From a virus (Duplodnaviria; Heunggongvirae; Uroviricota; Caudoviricetes), in IMG/VR virus record IMGVR_UViG_3300031993_000014, positions 114,987 through 178,986 of that record: DNA of 64,000 nt; one strand, given 5' to 3'. The notes below the pieces were generated by a model. The model was given only the letters and a program-made list of their open reading frames with translations, had not been told where the DNA came from and ran no database searches. Numbering within the stretch: position 1 is the stretch's first letter; each line of letters opens with the position of its first letter. Position numbers and translations under genes: made by a program. Shown here in pieces: positions 16,721 to 26,664 of the stretch.

Positions 16721-19514
16721 ACGATACGAACTGGATGAAGATATCGTTCTCTTTCTTGAGGGAACGGCTTTCATTCAATACACCAAGGTTCACAGTCGGG
16801 AAAGACGGAACGAAGCCAGTGTTGCTCTGTTCACTATCCAACAGTGTCTTGTAATCAGGATCCGGCACGATGTACTTGACATGGTCGATCCCATTGATAG
16901 ACTTGATGTTGATTGAATCACAGTCCGTAATCTGATTCTCCAATTCCTTGAGAAGATTGCTAAGAGAGATTCTCTCGGTGATGAGGACATTATTGTACAC
17001 GAGATTGAACAACTGCTCAGTCCAATCTCTGACAATAGTGGAGATCTTCTTTTCCACTTCCTCATCGTAACCGTTCTGACGGTCAACAACGATCTCGTAA
17101 TACAGGTTCGGTTTGTAGAACTTCTGTACTTCCGTGGCTGAATCTTCTGAAGTCTTGAGCAGTTGTGCTCCCCAGAAGTTCGTACGCCCGTAGGTATTGA
17201 AGAATTTAATGTTGAGTCTGGTGTTGTTATGCAATCTCTTAGCAGCATTACGGATTGCTTCGATAACACTCTTAAAGAGAGTCATAAAGCTATCGTAGAC
17301 AGAGTTAGAGAAGAGCATACGACCACCGACAACCGGAAGCATATAGAGACATCTTGCACTGTCTTGTACGGTTGTTCCGATGGTAACAACATCGTTAAGG
17401 TTTTCGAAGAACTTGAAACCGCCATTGATAGTGCTAATAGACTTCAGACGGTACTCATTGAGACCACGAGGGGCTTCAGAGCTGCTATTGATAGCACTAA
17501 GTTCCTTGTATTCGTTCTTATTGTCGTCGATGAGGTTGTTCTCATCTATCGGCTCCATGCAGTAGATGAAAGCTTCGGCATTGCTAAGGAAAGAAACATT
17601 CTCCAATGCAGACCACTTGCCATTGGAATCGTAAGTAGCATAGAACTGGTTTAGACCCTTGCTCTTTACGCTCATAGTGTACTTTTCGTCGCTTTGAATA
17701 CTGCCAATCTCAACAGTCGGGATAGCACATTCGAAACATCCTTCATCTTCGTTTCTCTGCATTTCAATGGCTACAAGCTTGTCGTTGGAGTCCTTGACCA
17801 TAAGGAAATATCTGTTACGGGCAAGTTCACCTTCGGTCACATAAGCGTAGACATTAATAAGCTCACCGAGCGCAGGATTCCTCTTAGCCTTAACATAGTT
17901 CACGATCGGTGTATCGACAGATTCTGAAGTGAGTGTCTTGATATAGACAGAGTAAGTCTCATCAACATTTTCGTCAAACACATAAGTATGAACCGTATCT
18001 CCGCCGTTGTCTACATAATAAGAAAATGGTGAGAAATAGATGAACTCATTGCGATCAAGCAAACATTCCTTAATGTCTTGTATTGGGTTCGTTTCATCAA
18101 TGACTTTTCCCACAGTAAGGAAGTGTTCTTCATCCACCGGAGTAGAGCTGTGCCTGTCTTCATAGCGAATAGGCATGTATGGAAGAATCTTTACTAAGGT
18201 TGTTCCATCTTGAGAAGGCGGGATCTTTACATACGGGATAGTATTAGTTTCATACGTACAAGTATCATCGGACATCATACAGAAGGCATTGAATTCACGG
18301 GTGATGATATCATCACGTTCTTTGAATACGATAACCTTCGTCTTTTCATTTCCGACGGAGGTACTAGCAAAATACTCGTTAAGGTCATTCTCAGATCCGA
18401 GAAGCTTTGCTCTAGTTCTATTGGTATAAATGTCCTTCTTGTGGGTCATCAGAGAATCTTCGTCAGATCCACCTGCCGGAGAAGAGAACACCCAAGAAGA
18501 AAACTCAGAAGCATAGTCAACCTTGTCTATACTGATAGCAGGAGTACCCTTAAAAGTGAAGTTACCTGCTTCGCCGTCGGTAGTAGCAACAATGAATCTA
18601 AGGTTCGTTCCATTATTCGGAATGTAAGATCTGTCGCCACGACCAAAGTAAAACAATACGGTATCGCTGTCAAGTCTCTTCAGGAAGACACTCGGATCTT
18701 CACCTGCGCTCTTCAGAGCCGATGTAATGATCTTCAGTTCACTCCATTCGAAGCTATCATTGACACGCTGAAAGGCTGTAGCACCGACATACTTCCTTCC
18801 AAAATCAATCATGTATTTACTGATACTGGAGTTCGAGGTATCGGTATACACGTCCTCATGGTATTCATAGATGACGTTAAAGACTACAATGGAAAAAGAA
18901 ATCATCGTAGCTTTTCTGGTGTCATCATAGTATTCCTTAATCGGAACATAGAAGTTGCTCTTGAAGTCGTAGACCGTATCGAACAGCGGTGTTTCGCTTG
19001 TGATAGTCATACTTCCATTAGTGATAGGAACGCTCTTATAGAGACCACGAACACCATTGGCATTACGGCTGAAGATAAGAGAATACGGAAGTCTGAATTC
19101 CGTTTCGTCTAACTTAACAAGGAAGTCTTCTCTGTCAATGGTAAGCCAACCGTTCTCATTAGCATCAATGAGGCTGAGAAGCTTAGCCTTTTCAATTTCC
19201 ATGATGATGGTACAAGAAGCCGGACGAGAAGCCTTGAGTTCAACGCCTTCAGATTCAGCCGTGTTATAAATGGTAGACGGCATCATGGCGGTATTAAGGA
19301 AGAATTCGTTGAAGAGCATGTTTCTGTGGAACTGTGCGCTCTTAGACGAATGGGCGGCTATCTCAGTGAGATAGCCGAACATACCAAGCTTATTGGTTTC
19401 GTTAGTACCCGGAACCTGTGTGAAACACTTCTCGGCAAGCTTCATGAAAGCTTCCATAAATCCATACTGGTCATTACTTATTGTATTGAGGGCAGCATCA
19501 ACTTCATTTGCCAT
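16719..19514 (-). CDS. large virion protein, 931 aa (portal candidate)
   Basis: Long ORF with RBS AAGAGG, adjacent to terminase. Size fits jumbo-phage portals, but no diagnostic motif was recognised, so the function is low confidence. Confidence 0.75.
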   Translation of the reverse strand: MANEVDAALNTISNDQYGFMEAFMKLAEKCFTQVPGTNETNKLGMFGYLTEIAAHSSKSAQFHRNMLFNEFFLNTAMMPSTIYNTAESEGVELKASRPASCTIIMEIEKAKLLSLIDANENGWLTIDREDFLVKLDETEFRLPYSLIFSRNANGVRGLYKSVPITNGSMTITSETPLFDTVYDFKSNFYVPIKEYYDDTRKATMISFSIVVFNVIYEYHEDVYTDTSNSSISKYMIDFGRKYVGATAFQRVNDSFEWSELKIITSALKSAGEDPSVFLKRLDSDTVLFYFGRGDRSYIPNNGTNLRFIVATTDGEAGNFTFKGTPAISIDKVDYASEFSSWVFSSPAGGSDEDSLMTHKKDIYTNRTRAKLLGSENDLNEYFASTSVGNEKTKVIVFKERDDIITREFNAFCMMSDDTCTYETNTIPYVKIPPSQDGTTLVKILPYMPIRYEDRHSSTPVDEEHFLTVGKVIDETNPIQDIKECLLDRNEFIYFSPFSYYVDNGGDTVHTYVFDENVDETYSVYIKTLTSESVDTPIVNYVKAKRNPALGELINVYAYVTEGELARNRYFLMVKDSNDKLVAIEMQRNEDEGCFECAIPTVEIGSIQSDEKYTMSVKSKGLNQFYATYDSNGKWSALENVSFLSNAEAFIYCMEPIDENNLIDDNKNEYKELSAINSSSEAPRGLNEYRLKSISTINGGFKFFENLNDVVTIGTTVQDSARCLYMLPVVGGRMLFSNSVYDSFMTLFKSVIEAIRNAAKRLHNNTRLNIKFFNTYGRTNFWGAQLLKTSEDSATEVQKFYKPNLYYEIVVDRQNGYDEEVEKKISTIVRDWTEQLFNLVYNNVLITERISLSNLLKELENQITDCDSINIKSINGIDHVKYIVPDPDYKTLLDSEQSNTGFVPSFPTVNLGVLNESRSLKKENDIFIQFVS

Positions 19515-19555
19515 ATCAGCCTCTTGAATGATTTTTTCATTAGAAAGTTCCCATA

Positions 19556-19587
19556 GGCAAAAAATAAAAGCTCCCTTTCGGGAGCTG
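19556..19587 (-). terminator. rho-independent terminator
   Basis: agctccc-tttc-gggagct, followed on the minus strand by TTTTATTTTTTG. Confidence 0.7.
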
Positions 19588-19601
19588 GAAAATGGTCTAG
19601 C

Positions 19602-20777
19602 TTATGCCGACAACAGGATGCAGTAGTCTTTAAGCTCTTCATCCATGTCTTTATAAGCCTGGCTGTAGTCATGACACATAGTATCAATTTCCATTCTGGG
19701 AATAAGTCTTCCTTTAGAGTCATGCTTGAGCACAACCGCAGGAAGGTTGCGATACTTGTAAGCCGGAAGTTCCGGAGCCATTTCACAAGGCCAGACGATA
19801 TACGGCGTTTCTGTGGAGTCGATAGTGCGTACATACTTCACGAACTTTTCCGGTTCTCTGATGAGATCACGGAATTTCACGATCGTACCAGAACCTACAC
19901 TGAGCTGAACATGGGTGTATCCATCCTTGTCAACCCAAACCATCTTGGACTTGTTATAGCCTGCCATACGCCAGATAACCGGAATATCGCGAGTATAGAA
20001 CAAGCTAAGATAAGTGTTAGAGTTACTCTTACGGAACGCATCAGCACTAGTAAACAACGGTTCATAGTCTTTCGCATTTTCAAGATTCCTGAACAAGTCT
20101 TCTGCATTGACATCAACAATAGAAACTCGATCTCTCCAGTATCCCGCAATGTCAGTGCTTTCACCTGCAACTAGCAAGAGCAGAGTATAATCTTCATACC
20201 CCGGCTTACTAACATCAAGCGGTTCAGGCTCAAGAGTATCTTTATTGAGAGCGAAGTACCATGCTGGAACATCCATTGTATTATTGTCCGTATCCGTGAT
20301 CATGATAGAATTATTTTCTGTACCTTTGATGATAGCATCAAGACATGTTCCAACGTAGTCATAGCCTTGAGCCATCTTCTGTCTCATCTTGCTCACATAA
20401 CGGAACAGAGACTTATGCTTAACAAATTTAGCAAACGGGTCTTCCTTGGCAGGTTCAACTTCTACCTTCGGGGCTTCTGGAGCAGGTGCTTCTTCCGTAG
20501 CCGGAGGAACTGCAACTAGAGCTTCTTCAGTCGGTGTTTCAGAAGCCGGAGCTTCTTCTGCAGCGGGAGTTTCTGGTGCAGGTGCTTCTTCAGCCGGAGC
20601 TTCGTCAAATTCAGGAGCTTCATCGGTAGCTTCGGGAACTGTCGTAGGGCGGATTCCAGCTTCTTCCTCATCAAGAACATCCACTGGGCCTGTCGGAGCC
20701 GGGTCAAAGTCTGCACGGATTCCGGTATCAGCCGGAGCTTCTTCGATTTCGGCTTCTTCTACTTCATTATTCTCCAT
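19602..20777 (-). CDS. protein with acidic Pro/Glu/Ala-rich repetitive N-terminus (EAPAPE-type repeats) and ~250-aa globular C-terminus
   Basis: 391-aa ORF. The N-terminal 110 aa are low complexity. The C-terminal part contains K-x3-SLFRY ... ITDTDN, spaced like PolB motifs B and C but degenerate. Confidence 0.6.
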   Translation of the reverse strand: MENNEVEEAEIEEAPADTGIRADFDPAPTGPVDVLDEEEAGIRPTTVPEATDEAPEFDEAPAEEAPAPETPAAEEAPASETPTEEALVAVPPATEEAPAPEAPKVEVEPAKEDPFAKFVKHKSLFRYVSKMRQKMAQGYDYVGTCLDAIIKGTENNSIMITDTDNNTMDVPAWYFALNKDTLEPEPLDVSKPGYEDYTLLLLVAGESTDIAGYWRDRVSIVDVNAEDLFRNLENAKDYEPLFTSADAFRKSNSNTYLSLFYTRDIPVIWRMAGYNKSKMVWVDKDGYTHVQLSVGSGTIVKFRDLIREPEKFVKYVRTIDSTETPYIVWPCEMAPELPAYKYRNLPAVVLKHDSKGRLIPRMEIDTMCHDYSQAYKDMDEELKDYCILLSA

Positions 20778-20924
20778 AAACTACCTCTCTGAAGAGCATA
20801 TTGACTTCTTCATTCAATTCTTCCTTGGATTCCGCTTCCACTTCTTCAAATGTCTTCGGCTTTTCCTCGGTTTCTTCTGTCTGTTGTGTACTCATTTGTT
20901 TGCTTCCTTATGGTTAAGGTCATT

Positions 20925-20970
20925 TCTTTATATAAAATTATCTGCCAAGCCTTTAAGCTTGGCAGATAAT
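20925..20970 (-). terminator. rho-independent terminator
   Basis: ttatctgccaagc-ctttaa-gcttggcagataa is a 13-bp perfect stem. TTTTATATAAAG follows on the minus strand, directly after the stop of the PolB motif-A fragment. Confidence 0.75.
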
Positions 20971-20974
20971 GTGT

Positions 20975-21286
20975 TTATGCGAGAGAGAGAATTCGTTTTG
21001 TCCACTCGGTATGTGACGGAAGTCCGAAGTACTGCTCGCCGATCTTAATATCATTTCTCGTCATGATATAATTGGCAAGCGTAGCGGAGTACTCGATATC
21101 GTTCGTGTTATTCTTCGGAAGAATCTTCCCAAGCATCGTAGTGATAAAGAGATTCCATGCAATCTTGATGGACGGATACAGTGACGACAAGTCAGAGTCA
21201 CAGACAAAGTCATAGATAAGAGTACTGACTTCACCAAGAATCTCAACACCGTTAGCGATAAGAAGATTAGGATCAGCTACAACATT
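20975..21286 (-). pseudogene. family-B DNA polymerase fragment carrying motif A (…YDFVCDSDLSSLYPSIKIAWNLF…); no ATG start; candidate downstream exon or remnant
   Basis: Open frame from a TAA at ~21289 down to the stop at 20975. It contains the exact PolB motif A core SLYPSI. The track ORFs 20975..21190 and 21061..21249 are TTG-started pieces of this region. Confidence 0.5.
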
Positions 21287-22072
21287 ATGTTACGAATGTT
21301 CGCTACACATTCTCTCTATATCTCTATAGAGTTCAGACTATATTATACGCTAAAAGCGCTCATGTCTTTCGGTCTCGCTTGAGACCTACTCCCTTACGGG
21401 ATAGTCGTTGAACGTTCTCACTTTTCGCTAAGAATATTAAGCTCTCTTTCCTTCATGGCACGATACTCAGATGCTTGTTTAAAAGCCTCTTCGTAGCCTA
21501 AATCTCTTATAGAGAAACACTTGCAGAAATGTCTATCGTTCTCATTCCACTGTGCTATAAAGAGATCAGACCTATTTCCCTGTGCCTTTTTGAAGTATAC
21601 TCCTGTCCTTCCGCTAGAGTTATTTCGTGATTTTCGGCAGTTCAGATTATTCTCTGTCGAAGATACAATACGAAGATTCTCTCTTCGGTTATCAAGAGTA
21701 TTGCGATTAATATGGTCAACAATATCTGTTCGTGACATGGCATTAAGGACGTATCTATGCAACTTGCAAGTCTTTCCGTTCATTTTGCAAGCCACATAAT
21801 GATTCTCATTTGTTGAATCCTTTATGTACCATTGTCTAGAAGACACTCGTTCAAGATCTTCTCTTGAGATGAGCACTTCGCCATCGATTTTGTTGCCTGT
21901 AATCACAAGCTTAACAGTCTTGCTATCTAAGATTTCAAATTTATTCATATTGAAAAGTTAGATGTAAGCTTCGCTGCTGATTGTCCAATCCCAAAGATTG
22001 TCACCATTTGGTACTTTGGGCTCTAAGGAGTTTCCAGCAATTAACATGATTTAACGTGCGCATGTAGATTGT
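21287..22072 (-). mobile_element. putative group-I-intron-like insertion carrying a homing endonuclease gene within the DNA polymerase gene
   Basis: ~785 nt between the PolB exo-domain ORF stop and the motif-A frame. It holds the HNH ORF plus ~120 and ~170 nt of non-coding flanks. This resembles intron-encoded HNH endonucleases in phage DNA polymerase genes (SPO1/SP82 type). No ribozyme secondary structure was verified. Confidence 0.3.
21418..21948 (-). CDS. HNH homing endonuclease with C-terminal AP2 DNA-binding domain
   Basis: ...HRYVLN...VDHINRNTLDNRRENLRIV... is an HNH_3 motif. ...SGRTGVYFKK...WNENDRHFCKCFSIRDLGYEEAFKQASEYRAMKE is an AP2 domain. Confidence 0.85.
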   Translation of the reverse strand: MNKFEILDSKTVKLVITGNKIDGEVLISREDLERVSSRQWYIKDSTNENHYVACKMNGKTCKLHRYVLNAMSRTDIVDHINRNTLDNRRENLRIVSSTENNLNCRKSRNNSSGRTGVYFKKAQGNRSDLFIAQWNENDRHFCKCFSIRDLGYEEAFKQASEYRAMKERELNILSEK

Positions 22073-23683
22073 TTACGCACCCTTGAATTTGACCTTCTTT
22101 TCAGCCTGAATGTTAGCAACTTGAGATTCGACTTCCTCAAGATTGTCATTAACCAATTCTTCGTCTTCTTCGTTCTCAGCTTCACCCACTTCAGTATAGT
22201 CTACAGCCGTCTTGTCAGAGCGATACGGCTCTAGTTCAGGATACTTGATTGGGTTATCACCATTTGCTCGTTTCTTGTCATAAATCTTATTGAACAATCT
22301 GGTACGGTTGTTAGACAATACTAGACCGCATTTCGTAATGAAGAACCACTCGATGAAGTTGCGAAGCATGGTTGTCTTTGTAAGCACTTTATTTTCACGA
22401 GTATGGGTCAACCCACGGAACAACATGATAGTATCAACGTCACTGACCTTCTCTTCAATCCAGTACATGACAAGAGTATCTTGCCCAGAGTATTTACAGA
22501 ACAACGGATAATTTTCATACGGAAAGTCAGCCATTTCGATATCATCATGTTCAACCTTACGAACCTTGATGACATTCTCAGCCAACCAGTCAAGAGAGTA
22601 GTCTTCAGGGCTAGAGTTACGGATGGCGTAATAGTTCTGCTGCATGTCTATGATAGAATAGAAAGCAGGAATATAGTAACCATCGTGCTTCTTCTTGATA
22701 TCCTTAGCGAAGCGGTCAGCCTTATAGTATGCTCTGCGATAGTCCTTCGGGAATTCCTTCGGAGCAATGATATCACCAGGATCGTACCCGAGATTCTCCA
22801 ATCTTCTGATGGTGAAACCCCAGTCGAAGCCGTGGTTGAAAGCGATGACAACATCTGCTGCAAACCTGTAGTTGAGATCATTGAAGTGATCCGTAATCAA
22901 GTCAATTTCTTTTCCATAGAACTTGATTTCAACATTGATGTGCGGTTTCGGAATTTCCTTAAAGATAGATTTCTGAATAGCGTTCCACTCGTCTTCGTAT
23001 TTCTTACGAATGTTCTCAATGTCTGCCTTGAATTCGTTAATCTGCGGATTCTTTTCCACATACTGGCCGTCAACAGAGTCATCGAGGAATCTCAACACAA
23101 GCGTAGATGTTCTTGTATCGAAGCAAGAGATAGCGTTAATCGGAGTGATGGCTTCATCTGCTTCCACGAAACGACGAATCTTTCTGTTATCGCATTCGAT
23201 ATCCCAAAAGACTTTGTTAAGGCGAATGGATTTATCTTCGCCACCATTCGGTTCGAGCTTAGTATCGAAGAATCTACGAATATAGTGGTCAGCCAAGTCA
23301 ACATCTGCACCGTGAACGAACGGACAGAGGAAGAAGTTCTCAGGACTGACTTTGTTCTTTCTAAATCTGTCTAAGAGAGCATAGTTGGCATCTGCCTTTT
23401 CCTTATCGAAGGTGGCTTGATAGTCAATGATGGCTTCATAAATGTTCTTATACTCGCACTCAATCTCTTCCGTTTCGTTAACCGGAACGACATACGGGTT
23501 ACTACCATGCTTCTCAACAAACTCAGGCTTCGATACATGGAACCTGACTGTCGGATTGTCATCGAAGTCGAACTTGCGTACACCATTCTCATAATAGACA
23601 GTGAGAACGCCAGTATTGTATGGCTTCACGTCCGTCTTAGTAACGAGCTTCTTTACTGAAATAAGCTTGTACTTCTTTTCCAT
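22073..23683 (-). CDS. family-B DNA polymerase N-terminal/3'-5' exonuclease domain protein, 536 aa
   Basis: Exo I KVFWDIECD, Exo II IAFNHGFDWGFTIRRL, Exo III KYSGQDTLV. No polymerase motifs A-C. Acidic C-terminal tail. Confidence 0.8.
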   Translation of the reverse strand: MEKKYKLISVKKLVTKTDVKPYNTGVLTVYYENGVRKFDFDDNPTVRFHVSKPEFVEKHGSNPYVVPVNETEEIECEYKNIYEAIIDYQATFDKEKADANYALLDRFRKNKVSPENFFLCPFVHGADVDLADHYIRRFFDTKLEPNGGEDKSIRLNKVFWDIECDNRKIRRFVEADEAITPINAISCFDTRTSTLVLRFLDDSVDGQYVEKNPQINEFKADIENIRKKYEDEWNAIQKSIFKEIPKPHINVEIKFYGKEIDLITDHFNDLNYRFAADVVIAFNHGFDWGFTIRRLENLGYDPGDIIAPKEFPKDYRRAYYKADRFAKDIKKKHDGYYIPAFYSIIDMQQNYYAIRNSSPEDYSLDWLAENVIKVRKVEHDDIEMADFPYENYPLFCKYSGQDTLVMYWIEEKVSDVDTIMLFRGLTHTRENKVLTKTTMLRNFIEWFFITKCGLVLSNNRTRLFNKIYDKKRANGDNPIKYPELEPYRSDKTAVDYTEVGEAENEEDEELVNDNLEEVESQVANIQAEKKVKFKGA

Positions 23684-23742
23684 AATGTTCCTCTCTAGTT
23701 TTCTCGCATTTATTAGTTCGGAATATAAAAAGATAGAGAGTC

Positions 23743-24489
23743 TTAGCTCTCTATCTCTACGACTTCAATATCCTTGCCACGGAATTTAGCCTTGGGAATG
23801 ATACCGGACGAGTCAATCACGGCTTTCTCGTCGGCTTCAATACCGAGCAGATCCTTATCCATAAGAACTGTTCCGGCGTCGCTGCTGGCTGTAAGGTCAA
23901 TGACAAAGATCTCGCCATCTTTATTGGCAACAATCTCGTACTCATCGGTAGTAACTGGGATGTCTACAAGTTCTTCAATACCTTCGCTCTCGGGGTCTGC
24001 TTCAGGTTCAGGCGGAACATAGGCTTCCTGTTTAAAGTCAGGGGCTTCATTTTCTGCCTGGGATACCTTGGCAACTTCCTTAGACTTCTCTAGCTGTTCC
24101 TTTGCTTGGGCCTCAAAGTCTTCCTCATCAAGCACTTCGGCTTCTATGGTTTGCTTAGGACGATACCCAACGCCATTCTGCGATAGGATATCGACAAGCT
24201 CGCCGACATTGAAACTTCCGCCACCGCCATCGAGAAGCTGCTTTTGAAGTTCTTGCTTGTACTTCTTTTCCTTCAGGGTCATGATACCCTTAATAGCAGA
24301 TATCTTGGCATTCTTGATAGCGATAAGATTACCAGTCTGAAGATGGGTGAATGCTAGACTTCCTCTAGACCTAGAGTTTATCACATTCTGAAGCATAGCC
24401 TTGGAGTTGTTATACAGAGCGTCCAACTCGGCTGCTTCATTCTTCAATGCGTTAATCTCTTCATCAAAATTGGATCCTTGAACTTCCAT
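23743..24489 (-). CDS. hypothetical acidic protein, 248 aa
   Basis: ORF with a coiled-coil N-terminus and an acidic middle region. Function unknown. Confidence 0.6.
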   Translation of the reverse strand: MEVQGSNFDEEINALKNEAAELDALYNNSKAMLQNVINSRSRGSLAFTHLQTGNLIAIKNAKISAIKGIMTLKEKKYKQELQKQLLDGGGGSFNVGELVDILSQNGVGYRPKQTIEAEVLDEEDFEAQAKEQLEKSKEVAKVSQAENEAPDFKQEAYVPPEPEADPESEGIEELVDIPVTTDEYEIVANKDGEIFVIDLTASSDAGTVLMDKDLLGIEADEKAVIDSSGIIPKAKFRGKDIEVVEIES

Positions 24490-24539
24490 ACATTAATCCT
24501 TCGGTTAGAAAATAGTGTCTCCGTTAAGAGACACTGTAT

Positions 24540-24935
24540 TTATTTCAGGTGGAGAGCCTTGTTGACAGCTTCTCCTAGGTTCTCGGCATTGACACCACCA
24601 TTGGATAACACGATGGCCCTAGCACGACCGCCGTACTTCTGTCTGAGTTTCTCTCTGAAGAATCTCCACTTATCGCGGAATATCTTGAATTTTCCGTAGA
24701 GAGGATCGCCGTTAGCCTTGGCAAGTAGGACGCACACCTTTGAGACCTTCTTATCGATGACACCTTGGGTAGTCCAGTTCATACGCTTAACCATCAAGCC
24801 TTCGTTAGCGGTGTCTTCTTCGTTTCCATAGTCTTCACGGAATACATCCATAGTGTCATTCATAATCTCCGTGAAGATCTCTCTATCTTCTACAGAGAGC
24901 TTGTCCATAAATTCTTTGATTTCAGATGCTTCCAT
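24540..24935 (-). CDS. hypothetical protein, ~131 aa
   Basis: Start moved to the ATG with GAGGA RBS (MEASEIKEF...). Confidence 0.55.
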   Translation of the reverse strand: MEASEIKEFMDKLSVEDREIFTEIMNDTMDVFREDYGNEEDTANEGLMVKRMNWTTQGVIDKKVSKVCVLLAKANGDPLYGKFKIFRDKWRFFREKLRQKYGGRARAIVLSNGGVNAENLGEAVNKALHLK

Positions 24936-25031
24936 AGTATCCTCATTATTTTTCAATCATGAGTTAAGGGAAAAATAAACCTATAAGGTTTTACCCTTAT
25001 AGGTTTACGAAACACTAGAAACGAAGCCGAA

Positions 25032-26102
25032 TTAGTCTTCCTTATAGTCGTCCTTTTCCATCGAGCCAGCCATAGAATAGAGGCGCATAACGAGGGCAGT
25101 AGCCTTCTTGTAAGCACCGAGCTGACGACGGCAGAAGAGTGTAGCAGTCGTACCGACCTTAGACACAGCCTTCTGAATCTTCTTGATGCGCTTGAGTTCA
25201 CGAGCACCAGACTTGCCAGCATCAGCAGCGAGCTTCTTAGCGAGGTTCACTTCGGTGTCGAGGAGCTTGATAGCATCGTAGCACTTGAGGATCGGATCAG
25301 CTTGCATCTTGCCAACGAGGAGCTTTGCAGCAGCCAAGGCAGAGCGGATGATCTGTTCGTTGTTCTGGTCACTATTGAGAGTCAAAGCGCCGATAAAGTT
25401 GCCGTCAAGACGTTCGAGCCACTTGCTGTTTGCACCCTTGGTTTCAACATCAGCGTGCAACTTGTTTGCGTAACCCGGCGTACTGCCATTTTCATCCTTA
25501 ATCTTCGGAATTTCGTCAAGGATGGATTCGAGTTCGCCAACATTGTCATTCTGGCTGTCGCTGTAGCTGCCACCGAATGCTTCGGACTTGCCCATCTGGG
25601 TATTAAGCTTCTTGAAAGCCTTGTCAGTCTGGGTAAGGAACTTGTCCACAGCAGTCTTGGTGATAAACCAAATGCCGTTGGCGGCCTTCTTGACTTCAAC
25701 GTTCCACTTGGTCACACGTTCCGGCTTCGGAGCATTTTCCTTCCAGTCATCATTCTTAGCCTTGGCAGTAGCCTTAGCGATGATACGCTTGAGAGCGCTT
25801 GCGATAGCACCAGAACGGAGGGACACGATAGCCTGAGACACGAAGGCACGAACCTTACGAGCAAATTCAACGAGCCATTTCCAGATCTTAGTACCAACTT
25901 CTTTTGCCTTGTCAGCCACAGCTGCCATAGCGTCACCGATAGCTTCGGCACCAACGGTCATGCAAAGACGACCATCTTCTTCGATGAGAGCGACTTCTGC
26001 TTCACCGCAGAATTCAGCACCTTCGCAGGCCATCGTAAGAATGTCGACGTGAGAGACGGGTTCAACAGAAGCACCGCCGTTTGCGAATTGTTCAAAGTAC
26101 AT
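25032..26102 (-). CDS. Ala/Lys-rich helical protein with strong high-expression codon bias (scaffold-like or internal virion protein)
   Basis: Start at ATG 26102 with AAGGAA RBS (MYFEQFANGG...). GC3-rich codons (ggc/ctt/aag/ttc/cgt) differ from neighbouring genes. Confidence 0.6.
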   Translation of the reverse strand: MYFEQFANGGASVEPVSHVDILTMACEGAEFCGEAEVALIEEDGRLCMTVGAEAIGDAMAAVADKAKEVGTKIWKWLVEFARKVRAFVSQAIVSLRSGAIASALKRIIAKATAKAKNDDWKENAPKPERVTKWNVEVKKAANGIWFITKTAVDKFLTQTDKAFKKLNTQMGKSEAFGGSYSDSQNDNVGELESILDEIPKIKDENGSTPGYANKLHADVETKGANSKWLERLDGNFIGALTLNSDQNNEQIIRSALAAAKLLVGKMQADPILKCYDAIKLLDTEVNLAKKLAADAGKSGARELKRIKKIQKAVSKVGTTATLFCRRQLGAYKKATALVMRLYSMAGSMEKDDYKED

Positions 26103-26197
26103 AATTATGTTCCTTGTTTGAAAAGTTTTACATAGAATTACGGATTTTCTTCGGTCATGACCCGTATTCAATGCTTAGTTAAAAATATCACTCAATT

Positions 26198-26611
26198 TTA
26201 AAGCGAATTTTCTATATCTTTTACAGTGAGACCATTGAAGTCTCCTTCGGCTATAGTTACGAGATTAATCTTCCTTGAGAGTATTTCTTCCCGTATCTTA
26301 TCTGGGAATGCGCCAAATGCACCGCCGGAGAGTCTAGCCCAAATATTATTCCCCATTATAGCAATCCTTTCAGAGACAAACCATATGAGAATCTTTAACT
26401 CCTGTTGAAACCCAATCTCTCTACCGAGTCTCTTTCCTATGATGGAGACTAGTTTCGTATCCTTATTCTCCAATATCTTCAGAACAAGAGTGGAAAGCAT
26501 TTCCTTATTGCCTACTGGTGTCTTGGAAACAAACTGCTTGGCAACGTCATTATATTTATTTAGAAAGTCTTTCAGTGTGATTTCAGTAACATCGACAGAT
26601 ATTTCTTCCAT
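26198..26611 (-). CDS. hypothetical protein, 137 aa
   Basis: ORF in an operon-like arrangement with its neighbours. Confidence 0.55.
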   Translation of the reverse strand: MEEISVDVTEITLKDFLNKYNDVAKQFVSKTPVGNKEMLSTLVLKILENKDTKLVSIIGKRLGREIGFQQELKILIWFVSERIAIMGNNIWARLSGGAFGAFPDKIREEILSRKINLVTIAEGDFNGLTVKDIENSL

Positions 26612-26664
26612 CAGAACCCCACTATATAAATATAGCTGAAGATTTCTCTTCAGCTATGAGTTCA

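Noticed and set aside
20441-20780. Repetitive GAAGC/GCTTC-rich region and ORFs 20446..21048(+) and 20516..20716(-)
   Set aside because: It corresponds to the EAPAPE-type low-complexity N-terminus of the 391-aa minus-strand protein. The other frames are by-products of the repeats.
20975-21249. Track ORFs 20975..21190 and 21061..21249 as independent genes
   Set aside because: Both start at TTG read as Met. The first is the tail of the PolB motif-A frame and the second is an overlapping frame, so they were folded into the polymerase-fragment feature.
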